From Nitrospirales bacterium (GTDB taxonomy: Bacteria; Nitrospirota; Nitrospiria; Nitrospirales; UBA8639): DNA of 64,000 nucleotides. Both the position numbers and the translations under genes were made by a program. The notes beneath the pieces are model-generated. The model was not told where the DNA came from and searched no databases. It worked only from the letters and a program-made list of their open reading frames with translations. This document shows positions 29,144 through 38,886 of the stretch, piece by piece. The stretch spans positions 1,216,001 through 1,280,000 of the forward strand of contig CBDCWC010000002.1 in the NCBI GenBank assembly GCA_965223295.1. Reading direction: 5' to 3'. The number at the start of each line of letters is the position of its first letter. The stretch's first letter is position 1.

Positions 29144-30228
29144 ACTGACTCCGGCAGGGACGCCTCGGCACCATCCACACCAGCACTATCAAACGTCGCC
29201 ATGTCCCTGAGACATGCCAAGCTCCCTTGCAAGAGTCCGATAGCTAAGCAAGCTCCTGTTCCTTCTCCAAGACGAAGATCTAAATCCAGCAACGGGCGTA
29301 AGTTCAAAGATTCCAGAACACAGCGATGGCCGGACTCTGCAGAACAATGGGACGGAATGACATAGTCATGGCAGACAGGAACTAAGCTTTGTGCCAAAAG
29401 CATCGCAGCCCCGGAAATAAACCCATCCAATACAACGGGAACGCGGCAAGCAGCCCCACCTAGAATCACTCCCACTAATCCTCCAATTTCAAATCCACCG
29501 ACTTTGGCAAGGACATCCACCGGATTATTGGCATCGGGCTGATTCCGGTGAATCCCTTGCTCAATAATGTGAACTTTTTGAGCAAGTCGCTCTGGATCAA
29601 CGCCCGTGCCTTTCCCCGTGAGATCCGCAACAGGTTTTCCCGTCGTCACCGCCGCAATCGCACTGCTAGAAGTGGTATTCCCAATCCCCATTTCTCCAAT
29701 ACCAATGACACCAAAACCATCAGTAACAGCATCTTGAGCGAGCCGAATACCGACATCAATACTTTGCAGGGCCTGTTCGTAGGACATAGCCGGCCTCTTG
29801 GCAAAATTCTTGGTTCCATAGTCAATCTTATGGATAAGCAATGCGGGAACATTCTCCAGATCAGATTGGACCCCCATATCCACAACTCGTACATCGGCAC
29901 CAACCTGTCGAGCCAAGACATTAATAGCGGCTCCACCATTCAGAAAATTCAACACCATTTGCGCCGTCACAGAAGAGGGATACGCACTCACACCTTCACG
30001 GGCTACCCCATGATCAGCCGCCAGGGTCAACACCACTGGCTTCGGCACACACGGTGGACACTCCTGAGAAATAGCCACAAACTGCATGGCGAGCTCTTCC
30101 AAGCGGCCCAAGCTGCCAACCGGCTTTGTGAGCTGATCCAATGCCTGATGGGCACGAACATTCCACTCCTGACTCACGGGTTGGATTGCAGCTATCGTTT
30201 CTTTAAGCAATGGAGAAAATAGTGGCAT
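29140..30228 (-). CDS. cobT: Nicotinate-nucleotide:dimethylbenzimidazole phosphoribosyltransferase
   Basis: LTKPVGSLGRLE, ADHGV, GEMGIGNTT, DGFI, LRLGEGTG. Confidence 0.96.
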   Translation of the reverse strand: MPLFSPLLKETIAAIQPVSQEWNVRAHQALDQLTKPVGSLGRLEELAMQFVAISQECPPCVPKPVVLTLAADHGVAREGVSAYPSSVTAQMVLNFLNGGAAINVLARQVGADVRVVDMGVQSDLENVPALLIHKIDYGTKNFAKRPAMSYEQALQSIDVGIRLAQDAVTDGFGVIGIGEMGIGNTTSSSAIAAVTTGKPVADLTGKGTGVDPERLAQKVHIIEQGIHRNQPDANNPVDVLAKVGGFEIGGLVGVILGGAACRVPVVLDGFISGAAMLLAQSLVPVCHDYVIPSHCSAESGHRCVLESLNLRPLLDLDLRLGEGTGACLAIGLLQGSLACLRDMATFDSAGVDGAEASLPESV

Positions 30229-30232
30229 GATC

Positions 30233-30850
30233 TCATTTCAATCGAAGCGGTAGTCCACTCACGAGAAAATGGACGTCATCCGCCTCTGCCGCAATCATTT
30301 GATTCATTCGACCCGCTGCATCTCGAAACTCTCGACTAACCGCATCTCCTGGAACAAGACCCAATCCCAGTTCATTGCTGACCATGACAACCTGGCACGG
30401 ACAATTCCTGACGACTTGCAACAGTTTTTTTACATAAAAAGAGACCTGTTTGGGGCGAACCTTCTCCCGAAGAAGATTATTCAGCCATAGCGTTAAGCAA
30501 TCCACCACCACACAGGCATAATTTTCCCCATTCGCCTCAAACCATTCAGTTAACTGAGTAGGAATTTCATGGGTTGCCCACCTCTTCCCTCGCGATTGCT
30601 GATGCATTCGAATGCGACCTGCCATTTCTGCATCTAATGGTTCCGCAGTTGCCAGAAAAGCCCGAGGAGATTTGGCTTTTCCTTGTTGTAACGCAAACGA
30701 ACTTTTTCCCGACCGCGCTCCACCAAGGACAAAAATGAGTCTAGACTCTAGAATGTTCTTTTTCTGTTGTGGAAGAGGTGGAGACACCTTCGACTGACGG
30801 GAGCTCGAAATGATTCTTGACTGAGAAACCGATTGACGCACAGATGGCAT
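30233..30850 (-). CDS. cobU: Bifunctional cobinamide kinase/cobinamide-phosphate guanylyltransferase
   Basis: GGARSGKS, DCLTLWL, VSNELGLG, FRDAAGRMNQ. Confidence 0.95.
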   Translation of the reverse strand: MPSVRQSVSQSRIISSSRQSKVSPPLPQQKKNILESRLIFVLGGARSGKSSFALQQGKAKSPRAFLATAEPLDAEMAGRIRMHQQSRGKRWATHEIPTQLTEWFEANGENYACVVVDCLTLWLNNLLREKVRPKQVSFYVKKLLQVVRNCPCQVVMVSNELGLGLVPGDAVSREFRDAAGRMNQMIAAEADDVHFLVSGLPLRLK

Positions 30851-30875
30851 AACAAAACCTTATGCTCAGAAAGTC

Positions 30876-31475
30876 CTATTTCTTACTAGGGTGTTCTGGC
30901 TCCCGTTCCCATAACAACTCTGGCTCTCCCTGCTGTTTAGCCACCCAACGGGCAAAGACAAATAACGCATCACTTAGCCGATTGAGAAAAGTAACTAATT
31001 CCTTCTCGACTGATTCCTCCCTCGCCAAAGCGACACAGAGCCGTTCGGCTCGCCGACAAATAGTACGAGCCACATGAAGCAAGGCCGGAAGCTGCCCTCC
31101 TCCAGGTAAAATAAATTCTTTCAAAGGCGCAAGATCTTTTTGGCATTCATCAATTAAATGTTCTACATGGGCAATATCCGAAACTGTCACCGTAGGCATA
31201 TTCAAAAACGATTCCCCAGGAGCTGTGGCCAAAATCCCACCTAAATCGAATAATTTATTCTGCGTCCATTTCAGGATGGTTTCGAGTCGTTCAGAGGCCT
31301 TTGCATTAGGATTACTGGTTTCATTGAAGGCCCGGACCAGACCAAGCATGGAATTTAATTCGTCAACAGTCCCATAAGCATCTACCCGCACAGAATCCTT
31401 CCAGACTTCTTGTCCACCGGCCAACCGGGTTTTTCCGGCATCACCCGTCCGCGTATAGACTTTCGAAATTCGCAT
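30876..31475 (-). CDS. pduO: PduO-type ATP:cob(I)alamin adenosyltransferase
   Basis: KVYTRTGDAG, AYGTVDELNS, FILPGG, RRAER, LNRLSD. Confidence 0.93.
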   Translation of the reverse strand: MRISKVYTRTGDAGKTRLAGGQEVWKDSVRVDAYGTVDELNSMLGLVRAFNETSNPNAKASERLETILKWTQNKLFDLGGILATAPGESFLNMPTVTVSDIAHVEHLIDECQKDLAPLKEFILPGGGQLPALLHVARTICRRAERLCVALAREESVEKELVTFLNRLSDALFVFARWVAKQQGEPELLWEREPEHPSKK

Positions 31476-31526
31476 CGTGTGCCTCTCCAGAAAAAGTTTT
31501 AAAACTTGCTGCTTCACCGTTTCGTG

Positions 31527-32123
31527 TCAAAACTCCACTCCTTTTTGAGCCTTAATACCCTTTCGAAACGGATGTTTGACCATCTTCATCTCTGAAACTA
31601 AATCAGCCACGTCGATAAGTTTGGTCTTCGCGCCTCTACCGGTTATGACTACATGCAGTCCAGAGGGACGTTTTTCCAGAGCATTCAAAACCTGCTCAAG
31701 TGAGACATACTCATGATGGATAGCAATATTCAGTTCATCCAGAACCACCATGCCAAATGTTGGATCCTGAAGAAACATTTCTACCTGAGCCCAAGCTTCT
31801 TGTGCCACAGCTTTGTCACGCTCGCGATCTTGCGTTTCCCAGGTATAGCCTTCTCCCATCCGAAGAAAGACAACTTGCTCACCAAAACTCTTGAGGATAC
31901 GTTCTTCTGCGGTATCAATCGCACCTTTGATAAATTGCACAATTGCAACCTTCATCCCATGACCAAGGCATCGGATCACCATACCTAAAGCCGCGGTAGT
32001 TTTACCTTTTCCCGAACCAGTATGAATAATCAACAATCCCTTTTCTTCTTGCGCCGCCGCAATTCGTTGATCCACTGATGACTTTAACCGTTGCATGCGA
32101 GCTTGATGATTAGCCTCAGTCAT
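31527..32123 (-). CDS. cobO: CobA/BtuR (CobO)-type corrinoid adenosyltransferase
   Basis: TGSGKGKTTAA, QFIKG, LDELN, ITGR, KHPF...AQKGVEF. Confidence 0.95.
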   Translation of the reverse strand: MTEANHQARMQRLKSSVDQRIAAAQEEKGLLIIHTGSGKGKTTAALGMVIRCLGHGMKVAIVQFIKGAIDTAEERILKSFGEQVVFLRMGEGYTWETQDRERDKAVAQEAWAQVEMFLQDPTFGMVVLDELNIAIHHEYVSLEQVLNALEKRPSGLHVVITGRGAKTKLIDVADLVSEMKMVKHPFRKGIKAQKGVEF

Positions 32124-32240
32124 GACATATTTCTCTCACTATAGCTCGATGACCTCATTCAGGTTGAAACAGGAGCACCAACGTTACCATCGTCTTTCCG
32201 ACACCATTATGAATACCGGCAATTAACAGTCGAGAAAACT

Positions 32241-34256
32241 TCATGAACTCGTAGCACCCACAGGAAGATCAAAGTTCACGCGAACTCCTCCATAAATAGA
32301 ACGAACCGCCGTTCCAAAAAACCTTACTTCTTCATAGTTACGATTCAAAATATTTTCCACTCGCACATAGCCTTGCAAATTTTTCGTTACGTCATACGAT
32401 GCCGCTAGATGAATCACATGAAAATCTGGAAGAGGCTGTTGATTGCCTGTGGTATTAAAACGCGATCCTACATAGCGAAATGTTGCCGTCAAACTAAGAG
32501 GATCAATCGGTTGATAGGTCAATACCACACTGGCCTGTTGCACAGGCCAACGTGCGAGTCGAGCAGCCGTTTGCAAGTCACGTGTCATGGTATAGGTATA
32601 TTGCGCTCCAAGATCCAAACGTCTCATGTAAGGCAAATTCTCTGCAACAACAAGATTTCCACTCAACTCCCAGCCATGGGCTTTTGCCGAACCAACGTTC
32701 TGTGCACAAAAGCCAAAAGGAGATAATGGCGCGCATCCAGCCGGATCAAATGTCGTCGTAATCAACTGACGATAACGATTCCAAAAATAGCCCAGACTAA
32801 CTTTGCCACGATGCCCCCAAAATGTTTGATCCACCGCTACATCCAAACTTTGGCTTTTTTCAGCCTTGAGATCAGGGTTGCCGAAATTTGGGAAAAAGAG
32901 TTCATTAATGTCAGGGGCCCGAAATCCTGTGGCATAGCTTGCTCGAAGCTTGGTTCCCGTTTCTTTGTGAAGATACCCTCCAGTCACCCGATAAGTGGTG
33001 GCATCTCCAAATGTGTTGTGGGAATCTTGCCGAATCCCTCCTGTGGCAAAGACACGATCCCAGAGATTTAGTTGCAATTCTGCAAACCCTGCATGGCTAG
33101 ACAATTTCTTTTCTGAAAACTGTCCGGGATTCTCCCCTAATTGTTTACGGTATTGATACCCGAGCGTTAGCAACAGAGGGTCAGCTATCTGAAAATTATG
33201 TTGCCATTCCAACCGGGTATTTTCCGTATCAATTTGACTATTATTAAACGGAGAGGCTGGGCTTTGCGCTCCAGTGAGCACACTTTGCTGAATGGTGCCA
33301 GCTTGAGTTTCTAATTTCCCTTCGCTCCGAGCTACGGTTAGCTGCTGGTCCCACCAATTTGTGATGGGCTGATCATAAGCGGCCCCGTAAATAAACTGTC
33401 GATCAGTCGACTTGAGCTTAAAGACATCAAATGGACCTCCACCAAATGTCGATAGACTATCAAAATCAATGTCAGAATTGATCCATCGAAAATTCACGCT
33501 CACTCGTCCATCATTCGGCAGCGCCACACCAATCTGACTGGAGGCGGTCCAATTACGATGTGCATCACGCTCTACAGCACCTCGCCGGTAGTTAATAGCA
33601 GAAAATCCTTGAAAATCCCAACGAGACAAAGAAACAGAAAAATCTACAGGACCATGTTCTCCTGCAAGACTGGCACCTTCACGAATGGAATTAAATGACC
33701 CGTATTCAAAAAAACTCGAGACTCGAGGAACCCCCTTTCCTTGCTTTGTCGTAATATTAATCACTCCCCCCATGGCGTCCGAACCCCACATCATACTTTG
33801 AGCACCACGAAGAATTTCAATTTTTTCGATATTCTCCGTCATCAAACCGGCGAAATTAAATTGCCCAATTGTTCCGGTATTCATGACCGCGCCATCTAGA
33901 ATTACTAAGGTTTGATCTGCTGTTCCTCCACGCATGCGAACGGTCGTGTTGCTCCCCGGTCCTCCACTGGAAAACACGGCTAAATTTTGACTCAAGCGCA
34001 ACGCGTCGCTCACCGTTTTCAGACCTCGTCGCTGGAAGTCTTCTTCCGTAATGACCTCAACCGCACTCGTCACCTGACTTAATGGCACAGGCGTTTTTGT
34101 GGCAGTTACTACGACAGGATCTAAAGTGTGAACAGACTTGGAGTCTAGATCATCGAGGGCTAGAACACTATTGGAAAATCCAACTGACAAGAAAAAAGAA
34201 ACAAGAAGCCAAGAAAAATTCTGAAGAATAAATCGTAAAAATACGTTCGTGGACAT
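32241..34256 (-). CDS. btuB: TonB-dependent cobalamin receptor
   Basis: VVVTATKT, plug motif IEKIEILRGAQS...GGVINITTK, GFRAP, ENILN; directly behind a cobalamin riboswitch. Start ATG 34256 has a GGGGAGG RBS. Confidence 0.88.
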   Translation of the reverse strand: MSTNVFLRFILQNFSWLLVSFFLSVGFSNSVLALDDLDSKSVHTLDPVVVTATKTPVPLSQVTSAVEVITEEDFQRRGLKTVSDALRLSQNLAVFSSGGPGSNTTVRMRGGTADQTLVILDGAVMNTGTIGQFNFAGLMTENIEKIEILRGAQSMMWGSDAMGGVINITTKQGKGVPRVSSFFEYGSFNSIREGASLAGEHGPVDFSVSLSRWDFQGFSAINYRRGAVERDAHRNWTASSQIGVALPNDGRVSVNFRWINSDIDFDSLSTFGGGPFDVFKLKSTDRQFIYGAAYDQPITNWWDQQLTVARSEGKLETQAGTIQQSVLTGAQSPASPFNNSQIDTENTRLEWQHNFQIADPLLLTLGYQYRKQLGENPGQFSEKKLSSHAGFAELQLNLWDRVFATGGIRQDSHNTFGDATTYRVTGGYLHKETGTKLRASYATGFRAPDINELFFPNFGNPDLKAEKSQSLDVAVDQTFWGHRGKVSLGYFWNRYRQLITTTFDPAGCAPLSPFGFCAQNVGSAKAHGWELSGNLVVAENLPYMRRLDLGAQYTYTMTRDLQTAARLARWPVQQASVVLTYQPIDPLSLTATFRYVGSRFNTTGNQQPLPDFHVIHLAASYDVTKNLQGYVRVENILNRNYEEVRFFGTAVRSIYGGVRVNFDLPVGATSS

Positions 34257-34261
34257 GATCC

Positions 34262-34450
34262 ACCTCCCTTTAGCTCGAAGGGGTTTTATGGAAGCAACGA
34301 CTGTTGGGTTTCCTGACTTGCGGATTCTCGTTTCTCTGCGCCTTCTCATGAGCTTTCAGCCCACAATGGCCTGCTGCAGAATCACTCCCCGCTTACAGTG
34401 GCGGCACCGTGCTGGATTTCCACCAGCTTCCCCTTTACAACCGTCTCAAT
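34262..34450 (-). ncRNA. Cobalamin riboswitch with RBS-sequestering hairpin (btuB operon)
   Basis: Minus strand GGGAAGCTGGTGGAAATCCAGCACGGTGCCGCCACTGT...GCCATTG...GAGAAGGC...AAGTCAGGAAACC, then CCCCTTCGAGCTAAAGGGG covering the SD. Confidence 0.93.
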
Positions 34451-34520
34451 TCCGTCAAATAACCCTCCTCCTTTGTCAAAATTAATAATGAACACACAGC
34501 AATAAACTCTAACAATGTAC

Positions 34521-35348
34521 TTACACAGGTAAGGATACGCGCGGCAGCCCCGACTGTGGATGGCGGTCAACGAGGACCGAACATCCATACGCTGCTTCGA
34601 TAACTTCTGGCTTTATCACTTTTTGAGGCGACCCCATCGCAGCCAGACGACCGTGGTTCAGCAACAAGACCTGATCGCAATATTGACTGGCCAAATTGAG
34701 ATCATGAGAGACTAGCACGACTGTCAACCCTCGTTCTCGATTAAGTCGTTTAATGATACGCGCAATATCTAACTGATGGTGAAGATCTAAAAAAGCGGTT
34801 GGTTCATCCAGCAATAGAATCTGCGGTTCCTGCACAAGCGCGCGGGCAATCACCGCCCGCTGCCGTTCGCCCCCAGACACGTCGTTCATCAAACGATGTC
34901 CCAGATGTGCCACATCCAGTTCTTCCATGGCTTGCTGGGCCACGGCCCAATCCTGCGCATCTTCCCAATGCCACCCTCCCCATCCCTGATGATGCGGAGA
35001 CCGTCCCATCAGGACCATTTCTGCAATCGTAAACGGAAAGACCTGTAGGGTTTCTTGCGGCACAAGCGCCACACGTTTGGCAATATCTAGCTGCGACAAA
35101 CCCGATAGTGATTTACCCAAAATGTCAATCGTACCTTGCTTGGGTTCATAGACTCGCGCCAATAATTTCAGCAAGGTACTTTTTCCCGACCCATTCGGAC
35201 CAAGGATTCCTAACACTCGACCGGAAAGAATGAGACAGGAGAGTTCATGTAAAACGGTATTCGATTCAGCGCTTGCTCTCCGTGTATACGAAAAACTGAC
35301 GTTCTGCAGAGCATACGCTACGCAAGAAGAATCTGTGTCGTTCAACAT
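34521..35348 (-). CDS. btuD: Cobalamin ABC transporter ATPase
   Basis: GPNGSGKST, SGGERQR, LLDEPT, SHDLNLA; riboswitch-controlled operon. Confidence 0.85.
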   Translation of the reverse strand: MLNDTDSSCVAYALQNVSFSYTRRASAESNTVLHELSCLILSGRVLGILGPNGSGKSTLLKLLARVYEPKQGTIDILGKSLSGLSQLDIAKRVALVPQETLQVFPFTIAEMVLMGRSPHHQGWGGWHWEDAQDWAVAQQAMEELDVAHLGHRLMNDVSGGERQRAVIARALVQEPQILLLDEPTAFLDLHHQLDIARIIKRLNRERGLTVVLVSHDLNLASQYCDQVLLLNHGRLAAMGSPQKVIKPEVIEAAYGCSVLVDRHPQSGLPRVSLPV

Positions 35349-35353
35349 CGTTG

Positions 35354-36508
35354 TCAATTCATCCCTAATCGTGATTGGCGATTCATTAGCAGCCATAAAA
35401 AGATCGGACCACCCACCAAGGCCGTAATCACGCCAACCGGAAATTCACTGGGACTTAATGCGGTACGAGCGACCGTATCGGCCATCATTAAAAACATCCC
35501 TCCTACTAACCCTGCGACGGGAAGCAATAAGCGATGGTCTGCCGAAACGACTAGTCGCACTGCATGGGGAATGATCAGTCCGACAAAGCCAATGATGCCA
35601 CTAAAGCTGACTACTGCTCCCGTCAAGAGTGCTGCTGCAAGAAATATCCGTTTTTTCACTTGCTCCACGTCTACACCTAACGATTGAGCAGTTTCTTCGC
35701 CAAGCGTCAGCAAGTTCAGCGATTGCGCATGGAGACCAAGGATGAAAAGTCCCACTCCCAAATACAACACGAGCATGCCTAATGTCGGCCAATCTTGACC
35801 CGTTAAGGTTCCCATCAACCAAGCATACATGCCAAAGGCACGGTTGGGTTCAGCAATACTCGTCAGGAACATGATGAAGGCCGAAAAAATGGCATTCAGG
35901 ACGACTCCAGCTAACAACAAGGTATAGACAGAAAACCCATATTGCGCAGAAGAAATCCAGTACATGATTGTGAGCGCGAACAGAGCCCCAGCAAATGCAC
36001 ATAGAGGCAGGGCCGAGATACTCAGAACCGATATTCCAACACCAAAAAGGATGGCAATGGCAGCCCCCAAAGCCGCGCCGCTGGAAATACCTATCACAAA
36101 TGGGTCTGCCAGAGGATTGCGCAGCAAGGCCTGCAAGGCGACACCAACCATCGCTAAAGAGCTTCCTACAGCACAGGCTAAAAACACACGAGGCATTCTG
36201 ACTTGCATCAGGATAATGGATGTCGGGTCACCCATCGACTGATCTGTCGATGCACCTGCTACGGCGCTCATCACTACAGTCAAAATTTTCGAATAGGCAA
36301 TTGATTCCGTTCCAAATCCCAAACACACCAAGAAGACACCTATGGTGGAACACCCCACGCCCCCCACCCAAAGGATCCAGCGCGATCGAGTCAAAGAGGG
36401 GAAAGCCTGGACAGCTTTCGATTGTGTACGTGACACCGAACTCAACCCATCTGAAACCGAATCGACAGACTTCTTACGTACCAATGGAATTTCAAGAGTA
36501 GGCTTCAT
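35354..36508 (-). CDS. btuC: Cobalamin ABC transporter permease (FecCD family)
   Basis: RMPR, RNPLADP, GEETAQSLGV, GFVGLIIPH, PVGVITALVGGP. Confidence 0.87.
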   Translation of the reverse strand: MKPTLEIPLVRKKSVDSVSDGLSSVSRTQSKAVQAFPSLTRSRWILWVGGVGCSTIGVFLVCLGFGTESIAYSKILTVVMSAVAGASTDQSMGDPTSIILMQVRMPRVFLACAVGSSLAMVGVALQALLRNPLADPFVIGISSGAALGAAIAILFGVGISVLSISALPLCAFAGALFALTIMYWISSAQYGFSVYTLLLAGVVLNAIFSAFIMFLTSIAEPNRAFGMYAWLMGTLTGQDWPTLGMLVLYLGVGLFILGLHAQSLNLLTLGEETAQSLGVDVEQVKKRIFLAAALLTGAVVSFSGIIGFVGLIIPHAVRLVVSADHRLLLPVAGLVGGMFLMMADTVARTALSPSEFPVGVITALVGGPIFLWLLMNRQSRLGMN

Positions 36509-36594
36509 AGCAGAACAACCGTCAAACAAATCTGGACAAGCTATAGTAAAGTGTTCGGGAATGGCTACATGCCCATCAGTTATGACAGCTTCTC

Positions 36595-37713
36595 TTACAG
36601 AGACACCTCCGGATGCAGTAATTTCATTAACTGTCGCAACCCTTCAATCACCCGTGGACCAGGACGGTTCAAAAGATCACTTTCCACTTGAAACAATTTT
36701 CCATCTTGTACGGCTCGTAAAGAATTCCAGCGTCGCCATTGATCTTGTTCGGTCTGTGGAATTCCCTCATATTCTCCGACGGGAAACAGCAAAATTTCTG
36801 GATTTTGAATCAACACTTCTTCCATGGTCAGCCGTGGATAGGGAGCTGTCGCTCGCTCTGCGGCATTTCGCCCACCCGCCAGTTCAATCAAATGGTGAAT
36901 GAAACTTCCAGGTCCCACGGTAATCAACGGTTCTGAATTGAGCACATAGAGCAACGTCGGACGCGGACGACCATCAACGCGTTTGGTTAGGTCGGCCACC
37001 TGCTTCCGCATAGTCGCCGTAAAGGCATTGGCTTCTGACGCACGTCCAACCATGCGCCCTATCAACTGAATATGTCCGTAAATACCTTCAACCGTTTTCG
37101 ATTCGAGTACAAAGGTTGGAATCTTGAGCTGGTCTAACTTGGCGAGTAAGTCTGCACGAAGAAACGAAGGCGGAGCCAATACAAGCTGCGGTTCAAGCCC
37201 CACCAAAACTTCCAGGTTGGGTTGAGAATAGCCAACTTTTGGCTTCTCTAATGCTCCTGGCGGATAGTTACAAAAATCCGTCACGCCAACAATTTCATCT
37301 TCTGCTCCAATGGCGAAGAGGATTTCCGTAATGCTGGGTGCTAACGAAACAATCCGTTTGGGTGGCTTGGCGAGATACAGCTTCCGATCTAAATCATCCA
37401 CAAACGTGCGGGGCGCAATATTGGCCATGAACGGCATGCCCGTTAAAATACCTTGTTGCCGCCGTCTCATGGTATCGTTCTCTTCAGCATAAACCTGGGT
37501 AGTTGGATAGGAAGTCGCAAGAAAGCAATGTACTATAGCAAAGACCAGCAACCAAATAACGCGCCGCCAATCATATCCCCTCGCCCTCTGAGGGAGAGGG
37601 TACGCACATCGAAAATCTCGACCAACTTTACTTCCCCAATAATTTGATAGGTGCCTCAAAATAAAAAATCCCCAAGGCTCCATGAACCTTGAGGATTGCA
37701 CCCGTTTCTTCAT
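36595..37713 (-). CDS. btuF: Cobalamin-binding periplasmic protein
   Basis: PKRIVSLAPSITEILFAIG, VGVTDFCNYP, NRPGPR; start uncertain (37713 or 37719). Confidence 0.87.
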   Translation of the reverse strand: MKKRVQSSRFMEPWGFFILRHLSNYWGSKVGRDFRCAYPLPQRARGYDWRRVIWLLVFAIVHCFLATSYPTTQVYAEENDTMRRRQQGILTGMPFMANIAPRTFVDDLDRKLYLAKPPKRIVSLAPSITEILFAIGAEDEIVGVTDFCNYPPGALEKPKVGYSQPNLEVLVGLEPQLVLAPPSFLRADLLAKLDQLKIPTFVLESKTVEGIYGHIQLIGRMVGRASEANAFTATMRKQVADLTKRVDGRPRPTLLYVLNSEPLITVGPGSFIHHLIELAGGRNAAERATAPYPRLTMEEVLIQNPEILLFPVGEYEGIPQTEQDQWRRWNSLRAVQDGKLFQVESDLLNRPGPRVIEGLRQLMKLLHPEVSL

Positions 37714-37720
37714 CCTCACC

Positions 37721-37965
37721 TATTCCCCGGCCCTCGAGGGAATACTTGGTTAATGATCACATGAGGTATTCTGGCTTCTGGGTAATAACCTACTGCCCGC
37801 GCCTTCCCACCCAAACCTCAGTAAGGAGTGAAAAGTAAGGAGAGGATTCTCTTTCCCCTCACTCTTGACACCTTACCTCTTTCGAACAGTGGCATTGCGG
37901 GGATCGTTCCCAGTCACAGCGGCGGGACCGCGCGGGACTCACACCCGCTTCCCATCATGCGCTCC
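37721..37965 (-). ncRNA. Cobalamin riboswitch (btuFCD) with expanded peripheral arm
   Basis: Minus strand GGGAAGCGGGTGTGAGTCCCGCGCGGTCCCGCCGCTGT...GCCACTG...GGGAAGGC...AAGCCAGAATACC, then hairpin TATTCCCTCGAGGGCCGGGGAATA at the RBS. Confidence 0.93.
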
Positions 37966-37981
37966 GCATTTGTTGACGGTG

Positions 37982-38011
37982 ACAATAGAAAGAGGTGCCT
38001 CTTGTTGTCAA
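37982..38011 (-). promoter_or_regulatory. Candidate sigma70 promoter for the riboswitch-btuF transcript
   Basis: TTGACA-N18-TATTGT just upstream of the aptamer. Confidence 0.45.
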
Positions 38012-38053
38012 CTCTCCCCCAAAATCACCGCGAAGCCATCTCAACAAAAAAGA

Positions 38054-38587
38054 CTAATTGCCTAAATGTGCATTATTAGTTGGCTGTTTCAACCAGGTCG
38101 CAATATCTTGCCCAAGCACTTTCACTGTCCGTCCCAAGACAGAGCATGAGCCTTTATAACCCCCAAATACTCCTCCACCTGAAACTCTAGAACCAGTAAA
38201 TGAAGCCAAGAGTTTTCCATTCTGGTACAGTTCACCTCGGACAGATGTCGACTTACGGTGCCCAATGAACGCATTCCCTGCACTAAGGGCATGAGTAATC
38301 TCAACATCTAGGACATTTCCGGTTGTACCTGTATCGATAACATCCACTCCTCGCACTTTCAATCCTTTCTCTGCCGCAAATTCTTGAATATAAGCTGCAA
38401 GTTGTTGATTCAAACGACACTCTTGCTTGATATTGTTAGCAATGGTATTTCCGGGACTATAGCGTACGGAATTGGGAACTGTGATGGGACCGGGTGGTAG
38501 GCTAACAGGAGTTCCAAGCCGAATCTTGGACCCTCCACAGGCAGATAGAACCAATAGAAAACATAAGGCTGTCAAAATGGTCTTCAT
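38054..38587 (-). CDS. Hypothetical lipoprotein
   Basis: Lipobox LSAC, GGAGG RBS, two further Cys residues. Confidence 0.75.
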   Translation of the reverse strand: MKTILTALCFLLVLSACGGSKIRLGTPVSLPPGPITVPNSVRYSPGNTIANNIKQECRLNQQLAAYIQEFAAEKGLKVRGVDVIDTGTTGNVLDVEITHALSAGNAFIGHRKSTSVRGELYQNGKLLASFTGSRVSGGGVFGGYKGSCSVLGRTVKVLGQDIATWLKQPTNNAHLGN

Positions 38588-38886
38588 TGTTCTCCTCCAT
38601 AAGAATTGAAAAACGTCCCAATACGCTGGGAGATGTACGACGGTGATATTCCGAGTATCGCTTTTCAGTTTTCCATCTTTCTCGATTGACCTTGTAGCCT
38701 ATTTTTAATATTGTAGTCGTGTTTGCTTCCCCCACCGAAGTAGTTTTCTTTTCACAGTATCATCACGAACATACGACCTGAATACGGAAGGCAACAAGCC
38801 TTTTATCCGTTGACACGCCCATTCTCTCATCATTCAAAAGCATCAGACTGAGTTAACACATCCACTATTACCAGGAGGGGTTCTCT

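Noticed and set aside
14783..30222. Long antisense ORFs (e.g. 14783-15268, 17557-18096, 28232-28744, 29548-30222)
   Set aside because: They are shadow frames opposite well-supported genes and contain no motifs.
34257..34588. btuB extension to 34349 and ORFs at 34249-34485 and 34382-34588 (also 37828-38079)
   Set aside because: They run through the cobalamin riboswitch aptamers.
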